Part shown: positions 30,764 through 40,105 of the stretch, in pieces | Layout: every line of letters begins with the position of its first letter | How positions within the stretch are numbered: the first letter of the stretch is position 1 | Assembly: GCA_963817385.1 (NCBI GenBank) | Contig: CAWFOM010000016.1 | Span: 96,001 to 160,000, forward strand | DNA from: an uncultured delta proteobacterium | GTDB taxonomy: Bacteria > Desulfobacterota > Syntrophia > Syntrophales > UBA5619 | Direction: 5' to 3' | DNA length: 64,000 nucleotides | Position numbers and translations under genes: made by a program | The notes under the pieces: generated by a model | What the model saw: the letters and a program-made list of their open reading frames with translations, nothing else | The model's database searches: none | Told to the model about the DNA's origin: nothing

Positions 30764-32628
30764 ATGGGCAATATGCTGGTGAACACGCGTGATCAGAAGT
30801 TCGTTCTCTACGAGCAGATCGGGATTGAAAAGCTGTTTGAATCGGATAAATTCAAAGACTTCTCCCGCGAGATCGTGGACATGATGCTCTCGGAGGCCGA
30901 AAAGCTGGCGGTGGAGGAGATTCTTCCGACCTACGAGGTGGGGGACAAACAGGACCCGGTGGTCTTTAGGGAGGGAAAGACCTATGCGCCGAAGTGCTAT
31001 CACGAGCCCTACCGGAAATACTGCGAGGCCGGCTGGGTTTGTTCCGTCGCCCCTCCCGAGCTGGGCGGGCAGGGGGTGCCGATCTCGGTCTACAGCGCCT
31101 GCACCGAACTTTTCGGCGCCGCGAACTACGCCTTTCAGATGTACCCCGGCCTCACCCTGGGGGCGGCCGCGATGATCGCCGCGCGCGGCACGGAGGTGCA
31201 GATCGAGAAGTATGCGCTCAAGATGTTCTCCGGCGAGTGGTGCGGCACCATGTGCCTTACCGAGCCCGGCGCCGGCTCCGATGTGGGCAATCTCCGGACG
31301 ACCGCCAAACGGTTGCCCGACGGCACGTACCGCATCACCGGAACGAAGTGTTTCATCTCCTCGGGAGACCACGATCTCACCGAACAAATCGTCCATCCCG
31401 TCCTCGCCAGGATCGAAGGCGACCCCCCGGGAACGAAGGGGATCTCCCTCTTTATTGTTCCCAAGTACCGGGTGAACGACGACGGGGGCCTCGGGGAGTT
31501 CAACGACGTGGTCACCGGCGGCATCGAACACAAGATGGGGATCAAGGGCTCCGCCACCGCCACCCTCAATTTCGGCGACAACGGCAGTTGCATCGGCGAG
31601 CTCCTGGGGGAGGAGCGCGAAGGAATGAAGATCATGTTCCTGATGATGAACGAAGCCCGCCTCAGTACCGGGATGCAGGGCCTGGATCTGGCCAGCGTCA
31701 GCTTCGAGCATGCGGTGCAGTATGCCAAGGAACGCATCCAGTCGCGGCGCATCGAGGACTGGAGCAATCAGGCCGCCCCGCCGGTCGCCATCATCAATCA
31801 CCCCGATATCCGGCGTTCCCTGCTCTGGATGAAGTCGCACGTGGAGGGGATGCGGGCCATGAACTATTTCATCGCCTTCTGCATCGACCGGGAAGGGACC
31901 GCCGCCACTGAGCGAGGAGCGGGAGAAGATGAAGGGGTTCGTCGAACTCCTCACCCCGATCAGCAAGGCCTACTGCTCCGACAAGGCCGTCGAGATCTGC
32001 ACGCTCGGCATCGATATCTTCGGCGGATACGGCTACTGCACCGAATATCCGATGGAGCAGTATCTCCGGGACTCCAAGATCGCCACCATCTACGAGGGGA
32101 CCAACTACATCCAGTCTCTCGACCTCGTGGGGAGAAAACTGGGACAGAACAAGGGGAAAAATCTGATGAACCTCTTCGGGGAAATCGCCGCCGCGATCGG
32201 AAAGGCGAAAGAATGCGACAAACTGAAGGCATCCGCCTCGCACCTCGAAGCGGCCCTCGCGGCCCTGGGCGACCTGACGATGAATTTCGCCGTCCTGGGG
32301 AAAGAGCCTGGATTACGTCATCCCCGTCATGAATGCGCGGCCGTTCTTAATGATCATGGGCGATATCGTCATCGGCTGGAAGCTGCTGGAGGCCGCAGGC
32401 ATTGCGCAGAAAAAGCTGGATGTCCTGTATAAGGAAGCGGGAGCCGATGAGGCAAAAGCCGCCGCCCTGGCCCGGGATAACGCCGAAGTCGCGTTCTACC
32501 AGGGGAAGGTCGCCTCCGCAAAGTACTTCGCCGCCAATGTCCTTCCCACCGTCGAAGGAAGATGCAAATCGATAACATTGAAGGACAAGACGCCGGTCGA
32601 GATGGCGGAGCAGTCGTTTTCCGCCTGA
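30764..32628 (+). CDS. Long (~620 aa) acyl-CoA dehydrogenase, FadE5/Bcd-like (two +1 frameshifts near 31910 and 32302)
   Basis: GTMCLTEPGAGSD, GTKCFISSGDHD, EHKMGIKGSAT, MMNEAR, GGYGY, IYEGTNYIQSLDLVGRK, FYQGKVASAKYF across three ORFs. Confidence 0.9.
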
Positions 32629-32669
32629 TCCCGACGCGACGAAAAGCGGCGCTACGAGACCTCGATATC

Positions 32670-32803
32670 TGACGACGTTGTAAAAAGTCGTCACCCCGGC
32701 GAAAGCCGGGGTCCAGTGCTTTTGTAACCATTTGATGTCTCTGGATACCGGCTTTCGCCGGTATGACATTTACCGTCGTTTTCGACTTTTTACGAAAGCA
32801 TCA
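32670..32803. mobile_element. MITE/BIME-like element with terminal inverted repeats and an internal REP pair
   Basis: Ends TGACGACGTTGTAAAAAGTCG / CGACTTTTTACGAAAGCATCA; inner hairpins GTCACCCCGGCGAAAGCCGGGGTCCAG and CTGGATACCGGCTTTCGCCGGTATGAC. Confidence 0.72.
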
Positions 32804-32897
32804 TCTCTGCTTTTTGTGTCATTCACACGCAAGCGGGCATCCGGAAAACCTTTGACGAAATCCGCTTTCTGCGTCGGGAGGGATAAGGAGACATTCC

Positions 32898-34568
32898 ATG
32901 GAAACGAAACCCTGGCACCGGCACTATGACTACAACGTTCCCACTACCATCCGCTATCCGAGGATAGCGGCCCAGACCATCTTCCAGCTGGCCGCCGGGA
33001 CCTTCCCGGACAAGCCCGCCACGAACTTCTACGGGACCGAGATCACCCTCTGGCAGCTCCGGGAGCAGATGCTCCGCATGACGAACGCCCTGGGAAAGCT
33101 CGGCGTGAAGAAAGGCGACCGGGTGGGCATCCACCTGCCCACCTGCCCCCAGTTCGTCATCTCCTACCTGGCCACCCTTTCCCTGGGCGCGATCGCGGTG
33201 AACTTAAACCCGCTCTCTTCCGCAAGCGAGCTCAAGTTCATCGTGGAAAACACGGCACTGGAGACGATCATCACCTTCGACATGGTCCTTCCCACCGTCC
33301 GTCCGCTCGTCAAGGATTTGGGGATCAAGCGGGTGGTCGTGACCAGGATTACGGACTACATCACCGGGTTCGGCGTGAGCACCGCCAAGGATCTGGATCT
33401 CGAGGAGGGATGGCGCCACTTCTCCGAGCTCATCGCGGGGACCACCGAAACACGCCTCCCCCGCATCCCGTTTGCCCCGGATGATCCGGCCCTGATCCAG
33501 TTCACCGGCGGCACCACGGGGGTTCCCAAGGGCGCGCTCCTGACCCACGCCAATATCGTGGCCGCCACCCTCCAGGCCTCCCTGTGGGGCAATCCGACGA
33601 TCAGCATGGTACCGCCGGAAAAGCGGAACGTCCTCGCCGTCCTTCCCTACTTCCATGTCTACGGCAGTATCGTCTGCATGAACTGGGCGTTCTTCAACTG
33701 CGCCACCCAGATCCTGGTGCCGCGCTTCGACATCGAGGAGCTCCTGGGGATCATCGGCAACTTCGAGAAGATCACCTTCTTCCCGGCCGTGCCGACGCTC
33801 ATCACCGCGATCATCAACCACCCCCGAGCGGCCGGCCTCAACCTCGACAAGCGGCTGGGGCTCCTCAATTCCGGCGCCGCGCCGATGGCGGTGGAACTGA
33901 TCGAACGGGTGCAGGATATGGGGATCACCTTCAGCGAGGGGTACGGCCTGAGCGAATCGACTTCCCTGGGGATGGCCAATCCCGTGCTGGGGATGAAAAA
34001 AGTGGGGAGCATCGGCATCCCGTTCCCGGACAACGAGGTGCGCCTGGTGGACGTGGAGACCGGCACCCGGGACGTAAAACCCGGGGATCCGGGCGAGATC
34101 GTCATGAAGGGCCCGCTCATCATGCAGGGGTACTGGAACAACCCTGCCGAAACCGCGGGACAGCTCCGGGACGGCTGGCTCCACACCGGCGACATCGCCC
34201 AGGCGGATGAGGACGGTTATCTCTTCATCGTGGACCGGAAGAAGGACATGATCATCGCCGGCGGGTTCAACATCTATCCCCGCGAGATCGACGAGGTGCT
34301 CTACCAGTGCCCGAAGGTGTGCGAGGCGGTCTCCGTCGGCATCCCGGATGAGTACCGCGGCGAAACGGTGAAGGCCTTCGTGGTCCTGAAACCCGGCGAG
34401 ACCGCCACGGACAAGGAGATCATCGACTTCTGCAAAGGGAAGCTCACCAAGTACAAGGTGCCGACGGCGGTGGAGTTCCGGGCGTCCCTGCCGAAATCCG
34501 CGGTCGGCAAGATCCTCCGCAAGATCCTGCGGCAGGAGGAGATGGAAAAGAAAGCAAAGAAACCGTAA
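32898..34568 (+). CDS. Long-chain fatty acid-CoA ligase
   Basis: FTGGTTGVPKG, EGYGLSE, WLHTGD, VDRKKDMI, LPKSAVGKILR. Confidence 0.94.
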   Translation: METKPWHRHYDYNVPTTIRYPRIAAQTIFQLAAGTFPDKPATNFYGTEITLWQLREQMLRMTNALGKLGVKKGDRVGIHLPTCPQFVISYLATLSLGAIAVNLNPLSSASELKFIVENTALETIITFDMVLPTVRPLVKDLGIKRVVVTRITDYITGFGVSTAKDLDLEEGWRHFSELIAGTTETRLPRIPFAPDDPALIQFTGGTTGVPKGALLTHANIVAATLQASLWGNPTISMVPPEKRNVLAVLPYFHVYGSIVCMNWAFFNCATQILVPRFDIEELLGIIGNFEKITFFPAVPTLITAIINHPRAAGLNLDKRLGLLNSGAAPMAVELIERVQDMGITFSEGYGLSESTSLGMANPVLGMKKVGSIGIPFPDNEVRLVDVETGTRDVKPGDPGEIVMKGPLIMQGYWNNPAETAGQLRDGWLHTGDIAQADEDGYLFIVDRKKDMIIAGGFNIYPREIDEVLYQCPKVCEAVSVGIPDEYRGETVKAFVVLKPGETATDKEIIDFCKGKLTKYKVPTAVEFRASLPKSAVGKILRKILRQEEMEKKAKKP

Positions 34569-34579
34569 GGAGAATCGCC

Positions 34580-35767
34580 ATGACGACAGAATGTGTATTT
34601 ATCGATGCGGTCCGTACGGCAAACGCGCGGGCCCACAAGGACAAGGGATGGTTCCGGAACGTGCGGCCCGATGAGCTGCTCACCGCCGTGTACACGGCGC
34701 TTTTCGCCAGGAATCCCCGGGTAAAGCCGGAGATGGTGGACGTCGTCTTTGTCGGGTCTTCCAATCCTTCCGGGATGCAGAACGAGATCGGAAGGCTTGC
34801 CTGGCTGGCATCATCGCTTCCGGAAACCGTTCCCTCTCAGACCATCTGCAATCAATGCCCGTCGGGGATGTCGGCCACGATGGATGCGGCGCGCGCGATC
34901 ATGGCGGGCGAAACGGAAATCATGATCGCCGCCGGGGTCGATGACATGGAGAAGGTGGCGATGGGGGCGAATATGGATTTCCCGCCGCGGCTATTTACCC
35001 GGTATAACATCATGGACATAACCATGGGCGCGACCGCCGAGAAGGTCGCGGATCAATACGGCATATCCGTGGACGACATGAACAACTTCGCCATCCATTC
35101 GCATGAGTGCGCAAGACGGGCCAGGGATGCCGGCAAGTTCAAAAACGAGATCGTCCCCGTGAAGGGGGTGAGTGAAGACGGGAGCGAATTCATGGTCGAC
35201 CGTGACCAGTGGATCCGCGAGAAGCTGGATCCCGCCGAAATGAGGGCGATGAAGACCCCGTTTAAGGAAAACGGCAAGATCACCGCCGCCATGTCGTCGC
35301 CGCTCACCGCCGGCGCCGCAGCCCTGCTGCTGATGAGCCGGGAAAAGGCCGATCGGCTCGGACTTGCCTATGCCTATCGGTACCGATACGGCATACAGAC
35401 GGGAAACGACCCGACCGTCATGGGGATCGGACCCATCGCCGCGGTAAGGAAGCTCTTTGAGAAAACCGGTTTGACGCCGGACGATATCGGCGCGGTCGAG
35501 ATCAATGAGGCCTTCGCGAGCCAGGCGCTGGCGTGCATCCGGGCGTTGAAGCTCGATCATGACAACGTCCCCTTCGCGAAGGTGAATACCTGGGGCGGCG
35601 CCATCGCCCTGGGACACCCGCTGGGCGAATCAGGGGCCCGGATCATCGTCACCTTGCTCAACCGGATGAAGACCGATTATCCGCAGGAAAAATATGGCCT
35701 GGCGACACTTTGCGGCGGTTTCGGAAATGCCAACGCGGTCCTCATTGAAAATGTCAATCTTTCATGA
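34580..35767 (+). CDS. Thiolase (acetyl-CoA C-acyltransferase)
   Basis: NQCPSG, NEAFA, GGAIALGHPLG, TLCGGFG. Confidence 0.93.
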   Translation: MTTECVFIDAVRTANARAHKDKGWFRNVRPDELLTAVYTALFARNPRVKPEMVDVVFVGSSNPSGMQNEIGRLAWLASSLPETVPSQTICNQCPSGMSATMDAARAIMAGETEIMIAAGVDDMEKVAMGANMDFPPRLFTRYNIMDITMGATAEKVADQYGISVDDMNNFAIHSHECARRARDAGKFKNEIVPVKGVSEDGSEFMVDRDQWIREKLDPAEMRAMKTPFKENGKITAAMSSPLTAGAAALLLMSREKADRLGLAYAYRYRYGIQTGNDPTVMGIGPIAAVRKLFEKTGLTPDDIGAVEINEAFASQALACIRALKLDHDNVPFAKVNTWGGAIALGHPLGESGARIIVTLLNRMKTDYPQEKYGLATLCGGFGNANAVLIENVNLS

Positions 35768-36702
35768 AGAAACTGCTTCTCGAAATGCTTGCCTGTCCTG
35801 TCTGCCTGCCGGACGAAATCGGGCTGAAGGCCGGCATCATGACGCAGCAACGAGAAGATATTATCGAAGGCAGATTGACCTGCCCCCGATGTGGCGGTGT
35901 CTACCCGATTCAGGAGGGGATTGCTTATCTCGATTCTTCAGCGCTGACGAAGGCAAAAACCGCTTCGAGATATGAAAGCGCCCCGATGGTGTCGTCCTAC
36001 GTATGGAGCCACTACGGAGACATCCTGGGGGACCCGGAGGCTTCTTCGGCCTACAGTGAATGGGCCGACCTGATAAGCGGCGGTTCCGGCGCGGCCCTGG
36101 ACATCGGCTCGGCCGTCGGGCGCTTCACCTTCGAGATGGGCCGCACCCATGATTTCGCGGTGGGCATCGATAGTTCCGTCTCCTTTGTCCGGACGGCCAG
36201 AGAGCTCATGATCCACGGCCGGAAACCGGTGGCGCTCCGCCAGGAAGGCCTTCTCACGCGGGAGGAAACGGTGGTTCTCCCCGAGATCTGGCGGGCCGAC
36301 AGGGTCGAGTTCATGGTCGCGGACGCCCTGGCTCTGCCCTTTCGATCCAAGAGATTCTCCACCGTGGCTGCGCTTAATATCGTGGACAAGGTTCCCCTTC
36401 CGCTGAAACACCTTCAGGAGGCGAACCGCGTGGCGCGGGAACATGAGGCCCGGTTTGTTCTTTCCGATCCCTTTTCCTGGTCGGCCGAGATTGCACGGGA
36501 GGAGGATTGGCTGGGCGGCAAGGACCATGGCCCCTATGCCGGACGGGGGATCGACAATATCATCGCCCTCCTCGAGGGCAAAGACCGGCTGCTGCTGCCT
36601 TCCTGGCGCATCACGCGGCAGGGGTATGTCTGGTGGAGGATTCGGACTCACGCCAACCATTTTGAACTGATCCGGAGCTGCTTCATCAAGGCCGAAAGGT
36701 GA
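35764..36702 (+). CDS. Trm112-like zinc-ribbon plus class I SAM methyltransferase
   Basis: LLEMLACPVC...GRLTCPRCGGVYPIQEGI; ALDIGSAVGRFTFEM; ATGA overlap with the thiolase stop. Confidence 0.85.
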   Translation: MKKLLLEMLACPVCLPDEIGLKAGIMTQQREDIIEGRLTCPRCGGVYPIQEGIAYLDSSALTKAKTASRYESAPMVSSYVWSHYGDILGDPEASSAYSEWADLISGGSGAALDIGSAVGRFTFEMGRTHDFAVGIDSSVSFVRTARELMIHGRKPVALRQEGLLTREETVVLPEIWRADRVEFMVADALALPFRSKRFSTVAALNIVDKVPLPLKHLQEANRVAREHEARFVLSDPFSWSAEIAREEDWLGGKDHGPYAGRGIDNIIALLEGKDRLLLPSWRITRQGYVWWRIRTHANHFELIRSCFIKAER

Positions 36703-37137
36703 AATCCCGTCATGTCCGGCAAAATGGATCAGCCCAGGCCTGCGGGACGGTTCATTTGCCTGCGGTTAATCTTCGGGCACAGCACCATGGCCATGTCGTG
36801 ATAGATCAGGATAACCGGACTTACGGCATCGAGGGGTTGGCGACAAAATCGTTTCTGCCGGACGCCATCATCAAGATGATCGATCTCCTTTCGAGCGAGA
36901 TTGTTGGAGAAAAGTACCCCCCATCGTTTTCAACCCGGCCGATGGCATGAGCGGGGGGACGATCATCCTGTCCTGTGGGAAAAAAGTGATACGAATCAAG
37001 CGGTATCCCATCGCCGGCGCTGTTTTGCTCAAGGGTGGGTAAGAAGATTTGCCAAGAAGCGCTTTTCATCACATGATGCTGCCGAGATAAAAGGGGAAAT
37101 GCGATCTTCCCTGTGATGGATCCGACCTGCGGCACTC

Positions 37138-37617
37138 CTATATCCCCTTCCATAAGACACCGAAAATAATTCCTAACGTAACCAATACCGGCATCAGGAT
37201 CATTAAACTCAAGAAAAGCCCCTTTACCTTTTTCAAAGCCTCTTCTGTTTTTTTTGCCTTGAGGGCCCTCTCGACTTTCAGACGAATATCTTCCATATGA
37301 AAGGGCTTGGTAATATAATCATATGCCCCTTCCTTCATCGCATTGATTGCACTGTCAATCCCCGGGAAACCCGTTATGATGAGGAAAAAAACGTCCTCAT
37401 CCTCGATGTTGATCCTCTTCAATAGATCAAGGCCGTCAATCGTGGGCATGAAGAGATCCGAGATGACGCAGTCAAAAGCTCCCGGAGCAAATTTCTTCAA
37501 TGCATCCTCCCCGTCATTAGCCGTGACGACAGCGTAACCCAGTTCAGTAAAATAATTATTCAATGCGGAACGTATAGATTCCTCATCGTCAACCACCAGA
37601 ATACGGCCCGCTTCCAT
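37138..37617 (-). CDS. Receiver-domain protein with a C-terminal TM helix
   Basis: ILVVDDE, VISDLFMP, GAYDYITKPF, then hydrophobic LFLSLMILMPVLVTLGIIFGVLW. Confidence 0.88.
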   Translation of the reverse strand: MEAGRILVVDDEESIRSALNNYFTELGYAVVTANDGEDALKKFAPGAFDCVISDLFMPTIDGLDLLKRINIEDEDVFFLIITGFPGIDSAINAMKEGAYDYITKPFHMEDIRLKVERALKAKKTEEALKKVKGLFLSLMILMPVLVTLGIIFGVLWKGI

Positions 37618-37775
37618 AGCCCACCTCCATAAAGCAAATTAGGTACAGCGCGGGGACAACCTGCCGCAATGGCCCGGGATATTCTGAGTACGCGCAAATT
37701 ATAGGATTGTCACCCATCCGAGTCAACGAATTATATCACGAATTATATCGGGTGCTGTCCCTCCGGGAAAAGATG

Positions 37776-37915
37776 CTGTAGGGAATAGCAGTCTCTGTTT
37801 GTATCAAACTGTAGGGAAAACCATTCAAAATATGGATACACAAAAAGCCAGTATCGTAAATACCATATTAAAATCAATATGTTGCATGTTTAGATGTATC
37901 TGGCATGGCCTGTGC
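37776..37915 (+). promoter_or_regulatory. Sigma54 promoter with IHF site and candidate enhancer repeats
   Basis: TGGCATGGCCTGTGC (GG-N10-GC) at 37901-37915; AATCAATATGTTG (WATCAAN4TTR) at 37872-37884; CTGTAGGGAA at 37776 and 37809. Confidence 0.72.
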
Positions 37916-37955
37916 TAATTAAGAGACAAAGCCACTCTTGATTAAGGAGCGTACT

Positions 37956-38495
37956 ATGAAGAAAGTATTGGTAGTTGATGACAATTGGTTATTAGCCGAG
38001 ACAATTCAGGAGGTATTGGAAGACGATGGCATCGAGGTAAGGTCCGCAAAAGATGGGGTCGATGGATATTCAGCTTATCTCCTCTTTAAACCGGATATTG
38101 TCATTACCGATATCCAGATGCCGCGAGAAAATGGCTTGGAAATGATGGGGCATATAAGAGCCCATGACCCGATGATAAAGACAATCTATATGAGCGGGGA
38201 TATCGATCCTTACCGGCCGTTCCTCAAGGAGGAGAAGAGGAAATATCCGGTCAGTTTTTTTGAAAAGCCCTTTTCCATGGAATCATTGAGGAGGGTCGTG
38301 TTGGAACCGACAACCGGTTTGCTGCAAGGAAGCGGCGCCCAGCAGTCAATGAAAGGATTGTCATATGACTACCGAAGCGACGACATTTTCGAGGCATATA
38401 CAGAGGACAGGACGCGGGGCGTAAAACCTTTACCAAACCGAATTCCCTGCGGCGATTCCGCTATTTCATCGAACATTCCGACTGGAATGAGGTGA
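37956..38495 (+). CDS. Stand-alone response regulator receiver protein
   Basis: VLVVDD, VITDIQMP, MSG, EKPF; RBS AAGGAG. Confidence 0.88.
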   Translation: MKKVLVVDDNWLLAETIQEVLEDDGIEVRSAKDGVDGYSAYLLFKPDIVITDIQMPRENGLEMMGHIRAHDPMIKTIYMSGDIDPYRPFLKEEKRKYPVSFFEKPFSMESLRRVVLEPTTGLLQGSGAQQSMKGLSYDYRSDDIFEAYTEDRTRGVKPLPNRIPCGDSAISSNIPTGMR

Positions 38496-38616
38496 TTCTT
38501 GCCCAAGAGGAGTGGATTGACAAACTGTGTATCGGCGTAATCATCGTCGCATCTCTTTATTTTATCCCCCCTGTCTTGGTAATGCTGTTTCTGAGATAGG
38601 CCCAAAGAGGCGCACC

Positions 38617-38968
38617 ATGGCAGCAAGGAATTTTCTGAAAAAAGCAGTGTACTGGCCGGCGGTTTTTCTGTGCATCCTCTCCGTCGGGAGTGCATCGGTG
38701 TCGCTTGGCTATCAGCCTGCAGTTGTTATTCACAGCTGAATATAGGGAGATTATCGGCCTGGACACGATATCAAAGATACTGTCTGTTCTGGAAATCAGG
38801 AGCTCCGACCGAAAGATTCTCGATAAAGCGGCGGAAAAACTCTCTGCAATGAACAGACGAGATATTCAATTGATCTCTTCCCTGTGCGACCGGATCTCCG
38901 CGGATGGCGGCACCGCAGGCGCCGACATTGCATTCTCGCTGATCACGGCGATGATCGTTCTGTCCTGA
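38617..38968 (+). CDS. Small exported hypothetical protein (+1 frameshift near 38736)
   Basis: Signal-like MAARNFLKKAVYWPAVFLCILSVGSASVSLG continues in the next frame as EYREIIGLDTISKILSVLE...ADIAFSLITAMIVLS. Confidence 0.55.
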
Positions 38969-39061
38969 CATGAAAGCACGCTGCCGGAACGATAGAGAAA
39001 TATTCCCTCCTGCCTCGGATTAATCGTTTCAGCCTTTTTCCCAATTTCACTACAAATTAAT

Positions 39062-40015
39062 ATGAACCATGAGGAGATCATGACTAAAAGACTCGTACAT
39101 ATTTCTTACCACGTCATCGTTGTGCTCATGAGCGCCGCCCTGGCGCTTTCCACTCCTTATGCGCTCAGCGCCATTGCTGCGGGCCTGCTCAGAGCCTGGG
39201 CCTTCATCGAGAACGAAAAAATCTTTCTCATCGCGCTGGAAATTGTTACGGCGGTAATCCTGATCCTTTTTTTCAACCATATCAAGCGCGGATGGGACGA
39301 CCGGAGGATTACCAAGATGGCGAAGAGCGCCGGTCTGGTCCAGGCGACCACGGTAAAGGGAATGTTCGCACAGAGAAGAATGAAAAAAATGAAAAGAAAG
39401 CTGGGGTTTGCACGGGAACTCATGATAATCGGATCGACCGGTTACCGGACCTTTGTAGACCCGGATGGTGATCTGCACGAGGCTCTTCAGAATTGCCGCG
39501 AAGCGAAAATCATGCTGCTCGATCCGTTTAAGGAGGGGGCGATCACCCGGGCGCGGGGCATCCCGGACCCGGAGGTGACGCCCGAGATGATCCGGGAGCA
39601 GATCATCAAGAGCATAGACTTTTTGAAGGGGCTCCGGGCGGCTCAGAAGGAGGTGAGGCTGAAGCTGTATCCTGATCTTCCGCTCCTGAAGTTGGCCATC
39701 ATTGGAGATTACGCCTTTCTCCAGCACTATCACACGGGGATGAACGTGCGTCAGATGCCGGAGTATGCCTTCAAAAACGAATCGAAGCACGGCGGTCTCT
39801 ATATCCCCTTGTACCGGTATTTTCTCACGCGGTGGCAGGACACAACCATTCCCGAGTACGACCTCGATACTGACGAGCTTGTATACCGCGACCTTACGGG
39901 CAATGAAGTGGCTCGAGAACGGTTCCCCGACATCATGAACCCTGCCGCCATGGACGAAGAACTTGATGACGGCCCGGGAGTGCTGAGAGATAAAAATCAG
40001 GGCACTCTCGCATAA
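39062..40015 (+). CDS. Membrane protein with two TM helices and a soluble domain of unknown function
   Basis: Two N-terminal hydrophobic helices; ELMIIGSTG...KIMLLDP...RLKLYP pattern. Confidence 0.8.
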   Translation: MNHEEIMTKRLVHISYHVIVVLMSAALALSTPYALSAIAAGLLRAWAFIENEKIFLIALEIVTAVILILFFNHIKRGWDDRRITKMAKSAGLVQATTVKGMFAQRRMKKMKRKLGFARELMIIGSTGYRTFVDPDGDLHEALQNCREAKIMLLDPFKEGAITRARGIPDPEVTPEMIREQIIKSIDFLKGLRAAQKEVRLKLYPDLPLLKLAIIGDYAFLQHYHTGMNVRQMPEYAFKNESKHGGLYIPLYRYFLTRWQDTTIPEYDLDTDELVYRDLTGNEVARERFPDIMNPAAMDEELDDGPGVLRDKNQGTLA

Positions 40016-40105
40016 TATATGATAGTATTCCTTCTCCCCTTATGATCCCTTTCCGCAAGGGGAGGTGATATTTTTTGCTGAAATATTTTGTAATCAAGGG
40101 TTGAC

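Noticed and set aside
36699..37130. Short ORFs after the methyltransferase
   Set aside because: No recognisable domain; possibly debris at the island boundary
38730..38745. In-frame TGA as possible selenocysteine readthrough
   Set aside because: A TAG follows two codons later and the protein-like sequence continues in another frame
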